Positions 23,301-37,078 are shown, counted from the whole stretch's first letter. The stretch: DNA of 61,545 nucleotides, filler included, from Rhabdomonas costata (GCA_019059605.1; 21 parts of 21 records of this genome joined end to end with filler, not necessarily neighbours in it); one strand, 5' to 3'. Program-made: numbers and translations. Notes: generated by a model not told the origin, from the letters alone.

Positions 23301-26300
23301 GCGACGGGAATGTAAAGAACGAGAAGACCGACAACGAGAGAGGAGTAGAACACGGGATGAGAGCGGAAGCCGCCATATGCAGCGACAGCAGCGCAACATC
23401 ACNNNNNNNNNNNNNNNNNNNNNNNNNNNNNNNNNNNNNNNNNNNNTTAATTAATTAANNNNNNNNNNNNNNNNNNNNNNNNNNNNNNNNNNNNNNNNNN
23501 NNTTTTGTGTTGTCTGGAGATGCTCTCTTAGCACCATACATACCGCAAAACCTTCAGCAGCTAGTGTAAAACGGGCAACATCCCACTGAAGACATGTGGA
23601 CTTAATATTCTTGCTGGCGCAAAGTTGTCTAGAATTTTGAGTCCTAGGAAGTACCACATTATAATAATTTGATCACTTGCGTCAGCGGAATCCTGAGCTT
23701 AAATATGTGCAATATTGCGGCGGCTGCAAATTGCTGCGCACTGTGCGTTCCATTTTTGTTGTTGCGTGCAAAATACACTGCAAATTAAATGATCGATGAA
23801 ATAATGGCTCAATAAGCTAATGGATGTCCACTGTTTCCTTCTGACACCACAACATTATGCTTCCAATATGACACATATGACGTTTCGCACATATGTTTCT
23901 GGTGTTTTCTGGTCCACTTTCACTGCCTGCGCGCTCTGGTCGCTTCCGTGCTACCTTAGATCCGTCCTATTTGTGAATGCCACGGCATTAACTTCGTAAA
24001 CATTTGAACAAGGCTGTGTTTTTTAGCGCATGACTTAGAGCATACACAAATTATCGCGATTTAGGACCGGAAGCAAAGGGCAGCGTCGGTAACACGAAGT
24101 TTTCTTGCTGCGCCTGGAACACTGTAACCTCACTGCCCAGAATTAAATTAGCAAGGCAGAGGTGCTACGTAATGCTAAGCTTTATGCAAGCATCTCCTCT
24201 TCAGAACGAGACCATTAGTGTTTCAATACTATTACCTGGTTTTTTGGACATCAAAAAGTGAAGCAGTAAAAGCTGTAGGCAGTACTGAGCATAAAGTGAC
24301 GATTCAAGACTCAATAAATGAGCTAAATTGACAGCATTTTTGCATAACGTGATGTAAGTTCTTCTAAAGTGCATTGATTTATTTGGAAGCGTGGTCTTTA
24401 TAAATAGAATTGCGCAAACATAGTTTGGCATATGCTAGGAAATTGCTTTAAAACTATGAAAAGTGTATGTATTATTTTTTGAATTTAGACGCTACTTTAC
24501 AACAGGGAGTCTTTGATTTCTAAATTCTATATATAGCTCTTTTTCTTTTTGAAGCAAATGAAACAAAGAGATATCAAAAGACCACTTTATCTGAGCTCTA
24601 TCATCTTAATATTTGATTACAAAATGGCTACAAGTTTGCTATTATCGTATTTGCGATTTTTGTTTCACATTCAATTTCCGAATCTTAGGAGTTTGAGCAG
24701 AATAATGGAATTTCGATGAACTTGAAAATTGTTGTGTGCAACCACCATAATGTTAGAAAACCGTATGCTGTTTGTAAACATTTGACATAGGTTAGCTGCG
24801 GTTAAAAACCTCCAGGGTGTGAAAAGATGAGTGTACTTTGCACTGAACGTTGTGCTCTGATTTGATTTACTTAATATCACTACATACAGTCGAATTATTA
24901 AAAGACATAACTTAAGTAATTGGCTCATATATCAGGGTGACAATAGTTGCACGTAGTGCTGCTGGAAATCTTTGAATAATGCAAATTATACGGAAAAAGC
25001 GATACTCAAAACTCTGTAAATAGAGATTTGAGTATTTCGTATTCTACAGATTAGAACTGTGACGTTACATAAATGCTAGATTTATGTCACTAATTGAAAC
25101 TACCTTCTTTAAGCAGAGTGGATGTGCCGACCACATATATGACGTATCTAATTTGCTGACATTTTATGCAACGCAAATGTTATTTATTCTTACTCAGTGT
25201 TCACAGTACATATTTTACCTTTCACGTATTCATAGTTTTGATTGCGCATGTGATTCTTTGCGTCTCTGCATGTATAATAAATATAATAAATACTTTTGCC
25301 TGTGTAGAACGAGAAGCACTAACGCTACCGAAACAACAAACCACTTCTAGGTTTTAGCGCCTAGTTATGTCATATATTTGTGCTGAGCATCTCGTCTTAT
25401 AGTGCTGTGGTTCCATTTTTTCAACCGCGCTTCGGCTGAAGATTTATCAGTATCTGGAAGTTGCTGCAGTGCGCCATGAGAAAACAGAAGATTGGCAGTG
25501 AACACGGCAGAAACGTTTCTGTTTTACACATATATTGGTAGAAAAACGTGTCTTTTTTATACGCAAAGTAATGAAGATTATGATAGATAATTACGGAGAA
25601 GACTTCTCAATTTTCTGATATTGCGCTCCCCGAACCGCGCCTGATATTGCATCATCTCACTGAGCATGTGCTGCACGGAAGTCAAGGAAACATCTGTTTC
25701 TTGAAGTGTAATCTTTTCCAGCAGCTCATGCTCCAATGGAGCTGAGTATTTGATGCTAGTTGTTGTAATGCTAGTATTACCACTAACTAACTAACCCAAA
25801 ATCTGAAATTATGGAAAAGATCACACACCTTCCTTTTAAATAAATATACAGTGAACTAATTAATAGGAAAAATGTGAGCACTCATTGCTAACCTGTAACG
25901 CGGTTCTTGTCTTCACACCTGTTCGTGTAAAACAAAGGTGTGAAAAATGATTAAAACTACGGTTTTGTCAAACAAAGCCGTACCTTTCAAAGTGTAGATT
26001 TGCAATAAAATTAAACCTGGACTAATGTATGTCTTCAACATTTTTAATACATTAATTGTGAAATACTATGGCATCCGGTGGTAAAATACACACATTATAT
26101 GGAGAAGTTTTGTGAGTAGATGGGACCAACTCAAAAAATTATACCAAATACAAAATGATGTGAATATTTCACCCCGAATTATCGAACACACCAACACATC
26201 TAAACAAAATTGAAAGCAAAAGCTAAAGCAACTTTCTATATTATTTTGGTCGTTATTCATGTAGGATCCAAATGCAAACACAAAACAAGCAAAAAGGTAT

Positions 26301-26669
26301 ATCACAACTTTTAGCAACAAACAACAAACCACGACGTNNNNNNNNNNNNNNNNNNNNNNNNNNNNNNNNNNNNNNNNNNNNTTAATTAATTAANNNNNNN
26401 NNNNNNNNNNNNNNNNNNNNNNNNNNNNNNNNNNNNNTTGTGGGTGGTGGTGCTGATGGTGGTGGTGGTGGTTGTAGTGGGGTTTTTCATTTGGCGTATT
26501 ATACCCAGGTGGATGTTTTGATCCGAGAAGACCTGCACAGGACAACGATAGAAAGCACCGTGGAACCGAAAAGGAAGAAAAAAGGTTGACAAATGCGAAT
26601 GCGAGGAAAGCAGTCTCAGCCACAAAATCGGGCTCCGGCAAAGGAGAAGAGCAAGCGCGCCACAGATAC

Positions 26670-29229
26670 CGAACGGAGATGTGGCTGCAAACGGGGAACA
26701 CCGGTGTGCGGTCCACGGGGGGCACCTCAAAGCGGAAGATCTTTGCAGTTGCCGAGGAGGGGCGGACCTCAATCAGCGGGAACTCCCGGAACTGATCCGC
26801 AGCCAGTCCCTTGTCTGACAAGATGTATTACGTGAATGAAAAACCTTGGCGTCCACCTGAACCGACGACAAGGTCTTGCTTATAAGAATATTCACTCAGA
26901 GGAACGTATCTGACCCATTTAAAACTAGACTCCTCAGACCCCATATAATTGCCATTGTCCTCAGCAGGATGATCATGTTGTCCCGCGATTTCCCCAGCCA
27001 TTTTCGTTTGCACCGTACCGAAAAAAGAACTTGTTTTGTTTTGTTGGGATTTTGCATAGTTGGGTCGGAAACATACTTGTGGCAGGGACGGGGCCTCAAC
27101 AGATTCGACATCGGCAAGGAAGGCTGGTTCACAATGCAGGGCCAGCATTCGCTATTCCACCCATTCTTCTATTCCTATTCTATTGATAGAATAGCGCTCC
27201 TGGGGGTTTCACCCTATGTTTTGCCGTAAACTTTGGACACTGAATCGCACTGGAAAAGTAGAGTGGAAGGACAGAGGGGCGCTTGACTTGACATGCTCAC
27301 TCACACCAGGTTGGCTGGAAGGCTCCTGCTTGCTCTCGGCACCTTCCTGAGCACCCCAAGATCGGAGAAAACGATGGGATTGAATTGGTGAATGGAAAGA
27401 GAGGGAGGAGAGAACGAAGTGGAGTGGAAACAGCTTCTGAAAGACATGTCGGAACAGTTTCCTATTTTCGGAAAGACGGCAGCAGGCATCGGTGGATGTG
27501 TTTTTTCGGACAAATAAAACTCCCAAAAACTCCCCAAAACCTCCACTTTTTGACGAAGTGTTTCCGATCAAAACACAAATCCGATCACGTCCTATGAAGC
27601 AGAACTAAGGCGCAAGCGAACCAGAGAGATGGGAAAAGTTTGAAAAAAACATATTAATTGCCACAAAAAGTGAACTTGAAAAGTAGGGGAATGCCGCTGC
27701 CGTGCTATGACTTCCACTTTTTTTTCGAGTCGCGCCGTCAGATTTAAAATGAACAATCCTGGCCATAGGCTCAATAAACTAAACTCAATAGCGTAAGAAA
27801 ACTGAAATACTAATTAGAAAACTAATAACAATCTCTTCAGTTTCTCGAACCAGACAGAAAAATCCACGGATTGTGGATTTTTCCTGGCACACAAAAACAC
27901 AGCAGAACCGTGTTTACCAAACCCTTGCTGCAAAAATATATCAAATATTTGCGGCAGCACAATCCAAAAGCTGAACTTGAAATGACTGGAACAGCGGCAC
28001 ACCAAATCGGCAACGTAGAACTTGGCAATCTTTTCTTTCGCGGAGGGATTGTGAATCCCCTCGAACATCGTGGTGGCGTCCTTCCCTGGGGAAGAGTCCA
28101 AGAAGCGGAAGATTCCCATTTCTTTGAGATGGGAATGGGCTCCACTGTATTGCGACGGCGTGTGTCTTTGCAAAGCAGAGGTGACAAATTGCTGCCTTCG
28201 GGTTGTACTTGTTTCTCATTTATTTCTTAACTTCGGAAGTTTGCACTTTTGGACCCTTGTACTTTACTAACGTCCCCCGATCTCTTCCAAGAAACTGGCA
28301 ACGCCTTATTTTTTGGTACTTCCTAAATTTGGACAGAGGGTTAAGCCGAAGCAGGCCTGGGGAGTTTTGTACTTCCTAAACTATGGGCGCTTCCCAACAC
28401 AATGCTGACAACGAGGGGCCGGAAAACCCCAATTGCAGGTGTGCCCGTGCGGAAAAAAAGCAGCCGGCCATTTTTTTTCACCGCAAAGAGCCACCCCATT
28501 GACCTGCGTTGCTGAGCAGGATCTGAGAACCGCCGGGGTGTTCGCTCAGGTAGGAAGTCACGTCGTACACTTTGCCGCTCACAATGATCCAACAGTCGGA
28601 CCTGTTCATGGACACCAGTAAACCAAAAAGTGACTTCCATCTCAGCAGTTCACCACTTTCCATGGCATATCTCCCAAAGAGTCCTCATATACGGCTTGCT
28701 TTGTGACAATGGACCTTCAACAGCCAACAGGCAATGGAATCTTTGCAGCAACTTTTGTGTGTGTGTGGTGGGGGCTGAACGGGTGGGAATCGCGAAAGGC
28801 ATCCCCCACCCACTGTGGGCCACTCATCCTGCAGGCAACTTCTGCCTTCATTGGACTGCCGGCTTTCTTCTTCTTCGCTCAAAGCCTTACTATGCACATC
28901 TGCTCCACCTAAAAAAAAACCCAAACAAAAAAGCGTACTGTGAAGAATGTTTCTTCACCTCCTCCAAGGAGCACGTCTTTCGTCTCGCAGACCCTGAAGT
29001 GAACCAAAGCATTCCCTGCAAACAAAAACTAGATTTAAGAGAAGTGAAGTTTATTTCGATAAGAAATAAACATTGAATCGTCTGCCTGTAAATTTACGCG
29101 CACCTGAACATCTCCCGACCCATTCGGAATCCTTTTCTCCCCTCAATAATGCAAAGCAATATGGTGTGCAGTTCCTCGACAACACACACCACTGCTGGTG
29201 GATGGCTTCTGCTTGTCGCCGGCAACTTC
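26670..29229 (-). CDS. Cytochrome b5 domain fused to a b5-reductase-type FAD-binding domain, partial; exons 29229-29190, 28993-28939, 28601-28504, 28085-28003, 27346-27307, 26814-26670
   Basis: Phase-consistent GT-AG splicing gives ...TCSLEEVKKHSSQSDCWIIVSGKVYDVTSYLSEHPGGSQILLSNAGKDATTMFEGIH (HPGG heme motif), a linker, then GLAADQFREFPLIEVRPSSATAKIFRFEVP...PVCSHISVR (start of FAD_binding_6). Confidence 0.85.
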
Positions 29230-29452
29230 CTGATCACAAGAAGGTCAAACAAAAAATCCAACCACACCAACANNNNNNNNNNNNNNNNNNNNNNNNNNNN
29301 NNNNNNNNNNNNNNNNTTAATTAATTAANNNNNNNNNNNNNNNNNNNNNNNNNNNNNNNNNNNNNNNNNNNNTTTCCGAGCCCTGAGGGTGGGAAAGCCC
29401 TGCTGTTTCATAGGGTGAGCGGAACATCGTGCCCTGGCTTTTTCCCCTTCAG

Positions 29453-31376
29453 ACGTAATTTGCGGCACACCCGCGACTCCTTCCCACGTGGAGCTAATCC
29501 GTTGCCCGTGGGGGCTGACGGAAGGACAGGCCTGCGTCTTGATGTGCCAGGAAGGCTACCCGGGCTGGGGCAGGCTGACCTGCACCTCCGCGGGGACGTG
29601 GAATATGAGCGGGGGCTGCGAAGGTTTGTTGTAATGGCTCCTGGTCTTTGGCCTTGCTTTCTCTCAATTTCTCCTTCGCTGCACGAAGCTGTGTTTCTTC
29701 ATGAGGTAGCGTGATTGCAGCTTTTTTCCAGGCTTCAGCGAGACAGATTGCCGCAGCCACAAAGGTGTACTTTCGCTTCCTTGGATGTGGATTTGTGTTA
29801 TAACTCTGAGTGTGTGGCCTGCTAACGTTCACCAAGTGCTTGGTAGGCACTGATGCCGATTCATGATTTTGGGTGACCACAGGTTGAAACACGTGCAGCT
29901 TTCCCCGTCCTTTTCTTCCGCCTATACCTGTACTTTGTTTCTTTTTAGCGGTCGACTGCGGCCCTGCCAGCCAGCCCTCGTTCGCCTCCACCACACCCCT
30001 CTGCCCCTCGGGCACGACCTATGGGCAGGCCTGCAGCTTTGGCTGCGCGGCGGGATACCCCGGCGGGGGCAACCTGAGCTGCACCGCGAGCGGGGCGTGG
30101 GCGCAGAGTGGCTGCTGTGCTGAAGGTACGGATGCTTTTCGCCAGCACAGCTATCTTTGGGAGGGAATGGTGAGCTGGTAGGCTGGTTTCCTGAAGGAAG
30201 GCGGTTCTCTGGTGCCCTGCTGACTTCGCCCTCTGCTTGTGCTCATGCATCGCCACCTTGGTGTCGTTCTCCCGGGTTTCATGGTACTCTTCGTGTGCTT
30301 TGGGTGCATAAATGTATTATCGCTCAGGCTCAGCTTCTGATAAGAAATTGCGGTTGTTTCAAGGCAGTGGGCCGGAACCCTTGTCCTTAACCCCTGTGAT
30401 GTGCTTTCCTACAATGCCACAAGTGGTATGTTTTTTTGCGTTTGAGGTAGCTCTTTTCCTGTTCTGATTTCTCAAGGGGTTTGTGGGACCGACGTGGAGT
30501 GCCCCCCGGGCTTCGGCACTTTGAGCCCAGAGACGGCCTGCTGCTCGACGAACTGTACCCTGATGGAGTGCTGCCAACGTATCTGCCTCGCTGTCTCCGC
30601 GCTGTCTTTTTGGGGGGTGGCATCCCGTTTGGGTCTTTCAGAGTGTTGTGCGCTTCTGAGGTACGACGTTGATAAGCTGAGGGTTGTAGACTCCCCGGGA
30701 TTTGCACGCCTTTACTTTTTATAGATTGCCTTTCAACCTGTCCCAGGGGTCAGCATCCATCCATTGGGCACACACCACTCACCCAGTTTGTCATTGTTGG
30801 TTGATTAAGCGTCGGAGCAGCGGTGGAGATGCCCACCGCTTTAGCAGCTAACATTCACAAGGGCTTCCCTCACTTCGGGAAGTTGAGAATGCTCCAAAGC
30901 GGAGCCTTTGTTCGTACGTTCGGTTCGTTAAGTGTGGTGACGGACTTTTTGTGCAGCAGTGCTGTGATGGGTCTACAAAACGCTGTGGTACATGCCTTGG
31001 AATTACTGCGCCTATACAGAGTGTGCAGTTTGTTGCGTGGGAGTGTTTTGAGTTGCGTGTCGGGTGTATGGCTGGTTGGGCATTAGCGCTGTACTTCTGG
31101 GCCACCGTGGAACCTACTTCGACTCCGGAGGGGGCGTACACCCGAACGGACCACTGCACAATGACCTTCGGGGATGTCCTGCTGGTGGTCGCGGGGTACG
31201 ACCCGTACAACAACCCCCTCAACGATGTGCTGTGGAGCAGGGACGGGCTGTCGTGGACCCAGAGCACTACCCAGGCTTTTCCCTCGAGACGGAGCGGAGT
31301 AGGCTGCGGGGTGCTGGGGTCCCGTGCGTTTGTCATGGGAGGCTTCGACGACGCCAACCGCACATATCTTGGCGAG
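29453..31376 (+). CDS. Extracellular mosaic protein: two sushi/CCP-like modules, a Cys-rich module and kelch repeats; exons 29453-29623, 29949-30125, 30477-30578, 31087-31376
   Basis: Exons read VICGTP...GQACVLMCQEGY...LTCTSAGTW...C and VDCGP...TTYGQACSFGCAAGY...LSCTASGAW (sushi pattern), then VVAGY...NDVLWSRDGLSW...R...VMGG (kelch). The three junctions are phase-1 GT-AG and in frame. Confidence 0.8.
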
Positions 31377-33044
31377 GTATTGACGGGTCGAAAGCATGGG
31401 GAGAATCACGTTGAGCGGTGAGACGACCGCTGGTGACGGTTGAGGTCCATAAGCAGAAAAGGACTGTAATGAAGGGGCAAAAAGAACGCAACCAGTGCAT
31501 GAGTATATACCCCTTTGGCGTCCAGTGGGTAACTGCTCACCTCTGCTTCTACCCTGCTTCTGCTTCTGCCTCCGCTTACCACTTTTGCTTCACACTTCTG
31601 CTTCAGCCGCAACTTGTACTCCTTTTTCTTCTCCTACTTCCAACTTGCATAACCTCTCTGGCCTTTTGTTTCGATAGCATCAACTGTTTTGGTGGCTGAT
31701 GCCCATTGCGAAACTCACCTTCGCGGAGTCTTGCTTTGTTCTCGTTACCTGCTGCTTCCATTTCTTTTTTCCTCTTCCTTGTTTCTTCATATCGTCGTTC
31801 CAGGCGCTCGGAAGCGCCGCCCACCAATCAAACCCCAAACCCGTTGTTGCAAAACGTGATCTGAGAATAAATAGAAATACACCCCTTTTGTCCTTAATGC
31901 TTCCACAGCCTGAAATACCAGTTAATGAGAGGTCATCCGGAATGCGTGATGGAGCCTATGGTTTGCTGACGGTCACCACACCCGCCCTTTGATCCCCAAA
32001 CTGAAGGAATGCCTTTCTTTTCTTCAGATCCATCCGACTTGCGCACGGTTGTGGATGGTGCAGGAATGCTATTCGCTGCGAGAATCAAGAGCTCCACAAC
32101 ACGAAATTCCAACCACAGGGACGGATAGGCTGGAAAACGAGAACGAGGTTTAGTAAGCTGATGCCCTGTGCAGGAAAAAACTATTGCAAAGCAGGAACAC
32201 CAACAAANNNNNNNNNNNNNNNNNNNNNNNNNNNNNNNNNNNNNNNNNNNNTTAATTAATTAANNNNNNNNNNNNNNNNNNNNNNNNNNNNNNNNNNNNN
32301 NNNNNNNTTGTGGGTCATTCTATAAATGCACCTTCTTTTCGGGATGCTTGATCACAACAGACAGTGACGAGAAAATCCTGCATCCCGAAAAGAAGGTGCA
32401 TTTATAGAATGACCCACTGCGAATCAAAATCCCAAGAGCACATCAGCTCATCTGCACCCACGCGCACCCACACCGAGTCTCTGACTCTATTTGGGCACCG
32501 CACTCTTCCATGGAGGTTTCAGCCATAAGGAGTGTGCAGTTAAGCACAGCGGGCCACGCAAACCCAAGGGCACACCCAGTAAGACCACAGCAAACACACG
32601 GAACAAGCATCTTAAGCTTCGGCTATGGCCCGATTTTCAACACTGTCCCTACCTTGCACTGTTCAGCAAGCTCGGAAAGGTTGCCCGCACGCAGAAAAAT
32701 ATGGCAACAGCAAAGACCTTGTGGGGGGACACCAGCTGAGTCCATGCCCTAAGTTAAATACAAAGTGAAAAACAAACGCGGGAGGAACGTGGGAAGAATA
32801 TCAAGAAACCAACCCAACACAGAGCTGTTGACTGCCCCCACTGGGGGCCTTCGCGCCTTCTCTACCACTGTCCTCATGCATCAGCCATGGACTGTCTGCC
32901 CTGAAGGGCATCGAATGAGCATCAGACCAAAGTGTCCATGCAGTGCACGTGCACGTGCACACAACCCCAACAAGTTCCTGCAGCACAGTCGCCGTGGCTA
33001 AAAATGGGCGCCCCTTCCATGGCAGAACAAAAGAAGGAACAAAC

Positions 33045-34462
33045 CATGGAGTCAGGCGTGGCAAGCCCTCCCGAGCTCAGGGCGTAGGCCAGGGCGAGCA
33101 GGACCACAACGGCAATGTACAGCACCGCTAAAGTACGCTTCTGGGATATTGTGCAAGGCAGCAGCTTGTGCACTACGCGGGTGGGCTTGATCTTGCCTGC
33201 ATTGGGGCCCGCAAAGGTTAAACAGTGCAGCACTAACAATCACAGATCACCACCTCGTCCTCATTCTCAATACTCAAAACGCATCATGCGTGCTTTCGAA
33301 AACCTCGGCTGGTTGCAGAAACACAAAAGACACATGCCCACTGTTCAACGCCGGGCGCAGATAACAGCAGCACAGAAGGAAACTTGCCTCTGCAACTGCG
33401 TGTCAAGCCCAGTAAGCCAGTGGAACCAGCAGTTGCCGGGTTACAGTGGTAAGTTTGTAAGTCGGGCCATCGCGTTCAGCGGCAGCAGCAGCAGCTTTCC
33501 GACAAAGCTTTGCCAAAGTGGGTGTTACCTTGTGTCCCAATAGTGAGACTTACTTGCCACCATTAGGGCAATTTGCATCTGCAGTCCGGCGTGCGAGGGA
33601 ACCCGAGATTACCCCAGATCAGCAGAGAGAGTGTGTTGACTTTTTGTTTTGCAACAGGGGTAGGCGTGCTATGTTTTCCCTACTTGGGTGGCCTGTACGT
33701 CACGCAAAGGGACCGATCGTGATCAAGCTTTTAGCCTTTCATGCCATTGCGGTAGCAAAGCCACCGACACACTTGGAGCAGAGAAGGCCTCGCGGGTGAG
33801 CAGCAGCCCAATCAGCAGGAACAGCACAAGCACGGGGTTGCGGTACACCCAGATCAGCGCAACGAAGACGGGGATGCCCACCAGAAGCAGGCGGCGGTCC
33901 AGCTGGCGGGCCACCCATCCCCCGTCAAAGGATCCTGTGGGAAAAGCGAATGAATCCAGCTGCCGAGCTGGGAGCTTGCTCCATGATTGGGCGCTTATCC
34001 CGTGAGCGGCGCAACAGAAAATACACAATGCTCAAGTTTGCTTGGTGACAAAACCTCACATGACACAATGCTCCAGTTCGCTTGATAACATAACCTCACC
34101 ATAACCTTCACCAACGCTTGGTCACTCGGGAAAACCACACAACTCCTTCGACTTCGTTTCGCCATTGGCTTTTGATTCCCGCTTAGCTTTATGGCAGTGG
34201 AAATTGAAGAATTTTGTCAACCACAGGGGAGGTAAGGCTGCTCGGCCTGCGTTGAGAAGAAAGGAAGGAAGGGGCACGTCACACCAAAGGGGACCAGGTT
34301 TAGGAGGTTGATTAGCAGCCCAAAGTTCGCCACCGCGAGGAGCACGTCCGAGCCCACCCACAATCCGCAATAGTGCAGACCCAGGCTGGTTAGCCCCCCA
34401 AACGCAGGCCCCGCCAGGAAGACCAGCGCCGAGGTAAAGCCCGAGCCGCAGTGTCCCTTCAT
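33045..34462 (-). CDS. Site-2 protease (peptidase M50) family membrane protein, partial; exons 34462-34285, 33934-33773, 33196-33045
   Basis: FLAGP...LINLLNLVPFG/SFDGG is the M50 AGP and NLxPxxxLDGG motif, followed by hydrophobic helices. Confidence 0.85.
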
Positions 34463-37032
34463 CTGAGGCGTGCGCACGACAGTGCAATGACCCCAACTTC
34501 ACAGGCATTGTTTCCACCAGGTGGTGCTTTTCGAACCCCCGGGAAAACATGAGCTGTTTTTTTGAGGGGTTGATCCTGCAAAAAACCCCAACCCAGGTTT
34601 TTTGTGGTATTGTTTTCTCATCCCCACCCCTGCCATTTGTTTTACATCTTCACATTCTTAAACAATACACACACGCACCCCTCCCGTCCTCCCCATCTCT
34701 GCCTGATCGAAACCCTGTGAGCACCCCCCTTCGGCTGCGGCGCCTTGAAGTCCCAGACGATGACCAAAACACTCGAACACGCACTTGACCAGCGCCCCGC
34801 TCTTCTTTCAACCACAGGTTTTGGTGATTGTGTTTGCCGCGGTGTTTCCGTTCGCTCTGGGGAAGTGGCTGCACACCCAGTTCTATCCCCCTCAGTACAA
34901 GAAGCTGCGGGGCCGCGGCACCACACCCTTCCGGTTCTCCATTCTGTAGAGAGGGAATGCGGAAAACCCTCCCCAGCTACTCATCCCTCGACTTGTTTGT
35001 ACAGTTCGCCCCGCGTCATCTTCGGTCGAATATCGTTCCGACTGAGTCTTTGGCCCCGTGCTCTTGTGCCCTTTCCGCGCCTCCCACATCTCGTTCGCCC
35101 AAGATGTCGTGGGCCACGTGGAGCTTGCTTTGCTACTCTGTGNNNNNNNNNNNNNNNNNNNNNNNNNNNNNNNNNNNNNNNNNNNNTTAATTAATTAANN
35201 NNNNNNNNNNNNNNNNNNNNNNNNNNNNNNNNNNNNNNNNNNGGGGGTTGGGTCGATGCGTAAAAACACTGTCAATAAAAGGAATACAAAGCAAACAATA
35301 AAGACCGCCCCAGACTGCTTTCGTTTGAATCTTTCTGAAAGTGAAAAATGATGGGGAGAAAAGCAGTCTGGGGCGGTCTTTATTGTTTGCTTTGTATTCC
35401 TTTTATTGACAGTGTTTTTACGCATCGACCCGACCACCACCTCCATGGCAGATGGAGAGCTGACCGTACACTTCCTCGTCCACGTCCTCACTTCTCTCCT
35501 CGGTCATGTGCCCATTTTGCCCTGTTCCGATACACCTCATCTATGTCATTGTGGACGCTTTTATGTGCATTTTTACGCCTTTGTTTCGATAAGTTTCTTC
35601 CCATACGCAGCCTCAGCGAGCGCCCGTCGACATGCCGTCTGCCTGCCATGGAGCAAAGCCAGGGGCCCAACTTCCTTTCATGCGTGGGACCAAGCAGTGG
35701 CTCACCGGTACACCCACCGCCGCCCCCGAAGCTGGGCAGGCTGCGGCGACTAATGCTCCTGCTGAGGGGGTGCCGAAAAGGCGCAGCCGGTGGCCAAAGT
35801 ACCATCTCTCACGGGCTCTTTGAAGACACCCTCTAGGTTATGGGCTGATCACCATTTTGTGACACCTCGGGGTGCTTTTTCGTCTGTACTTCCACCCTCC
35901 TTTCCAGTTTCGACGTTCGGCAATGACTCCTGTGTGACTTTGTGACCTGTTTTTCTTCGGTCTGATGTCATAGCCGTTTTTTGTTTGTGTTTCTCGCTCA
36001 TTCTCCTCTTTTGTCTTCGGTGTGTGTATCGAGAAGGTGCACGTCGTACGTCGTTCTTTCTCTTCTGCCGATCCCTTTCCTGTGATGTTCTCTTTGGTGA
36101 ACGACAGGTCAAAAGACTCTCTCCCAATTGTTCATCTCCCCTCTTGCCCCCCGCGGTGGCCTTCAGTGCAGTGTATGCATTGCTCTCCAGTTCCTTTCGT
36201 CTCTAGCACTCTTCTCTCCACGGCTGTTCTGCCCTAACCAACGAGCATCATCAGTTCTCTTCACCCCTTTCTTCCTTTTTGTGCATTGGGCGCGCTGACA
36301 GGGCCGTCTGTCTTGCCTTCGAGGATGCCCTGTACCATCGTTCATCTTTGCAAATCTGGGTTCACCTTTCACCTTTCACGAGTGTGTATGGATGGAACGT
36401 GGCGTTCCCACGCTGATCCCTTTCTTCCTTCTTCCATCTTCTAGACCACTGACCTAAAGGTACTTACCTTGGTCACCCCATTTACGGGGAGATCACTTTC
36501 ACCGTTTTCGAAAATGCGCCTACCCAAACACATGTGTTCACCTCTTGTTGCACTGTCTCTTGCCTCTCATACCCTTGGCCCGGTGTAGCCAAGCCTTCGT
36601 TTCCACCAACAACGAGTGACACACGGGGCGATGTCTCTGGGTCCTCCTTCTCGTGAGCGCAAAACTCTCATGGTTTTTTTGTTTCGAGGACCAACCAAAC
36701 GTGTTGTACACTATGCGTGGCCCCGTCGCTGCTTCTGGTTCTGTATTACCTTGATTTCTTGTCATGCATGGTCTCCCATGCAATCTGTTGTGGTGGGATG
36801 CATTTACGATCTTTCCTTATTTCTTTGCGTGCTTAGCAGCCTCTCAACCCCTCACGAACACACAGTATCTTTTTTACACTGCCCTTGGAATTATTCTGAA
36901 ACATACCTTTTTGACAAATTGCCGCCATAGCCACACAAGAATTCACGACTCACACACAGGCATAAATCATACGGGACTCGCGGTGTACCGCAAGCTCTGA
37001 ATGAAACCATCACCGTGCATTCAGACACATTT

Positions 37033-37077
<45 letters not shown>
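37033..37077. repeat. (GCAC)n microsatellite
   Basis: About 11 tandem GCAC units. Confidence 0.9.

Positions 37078-37078
<1 letters not shown>

Noticed and set aside
23503-23800. Possible TAA/TAG=Gln alternative genetic code in the AT-rich contig
   Set aside because: The read-through looks vaguely protein-like but has no recognisable homology, so nothing anchors a reassignment.
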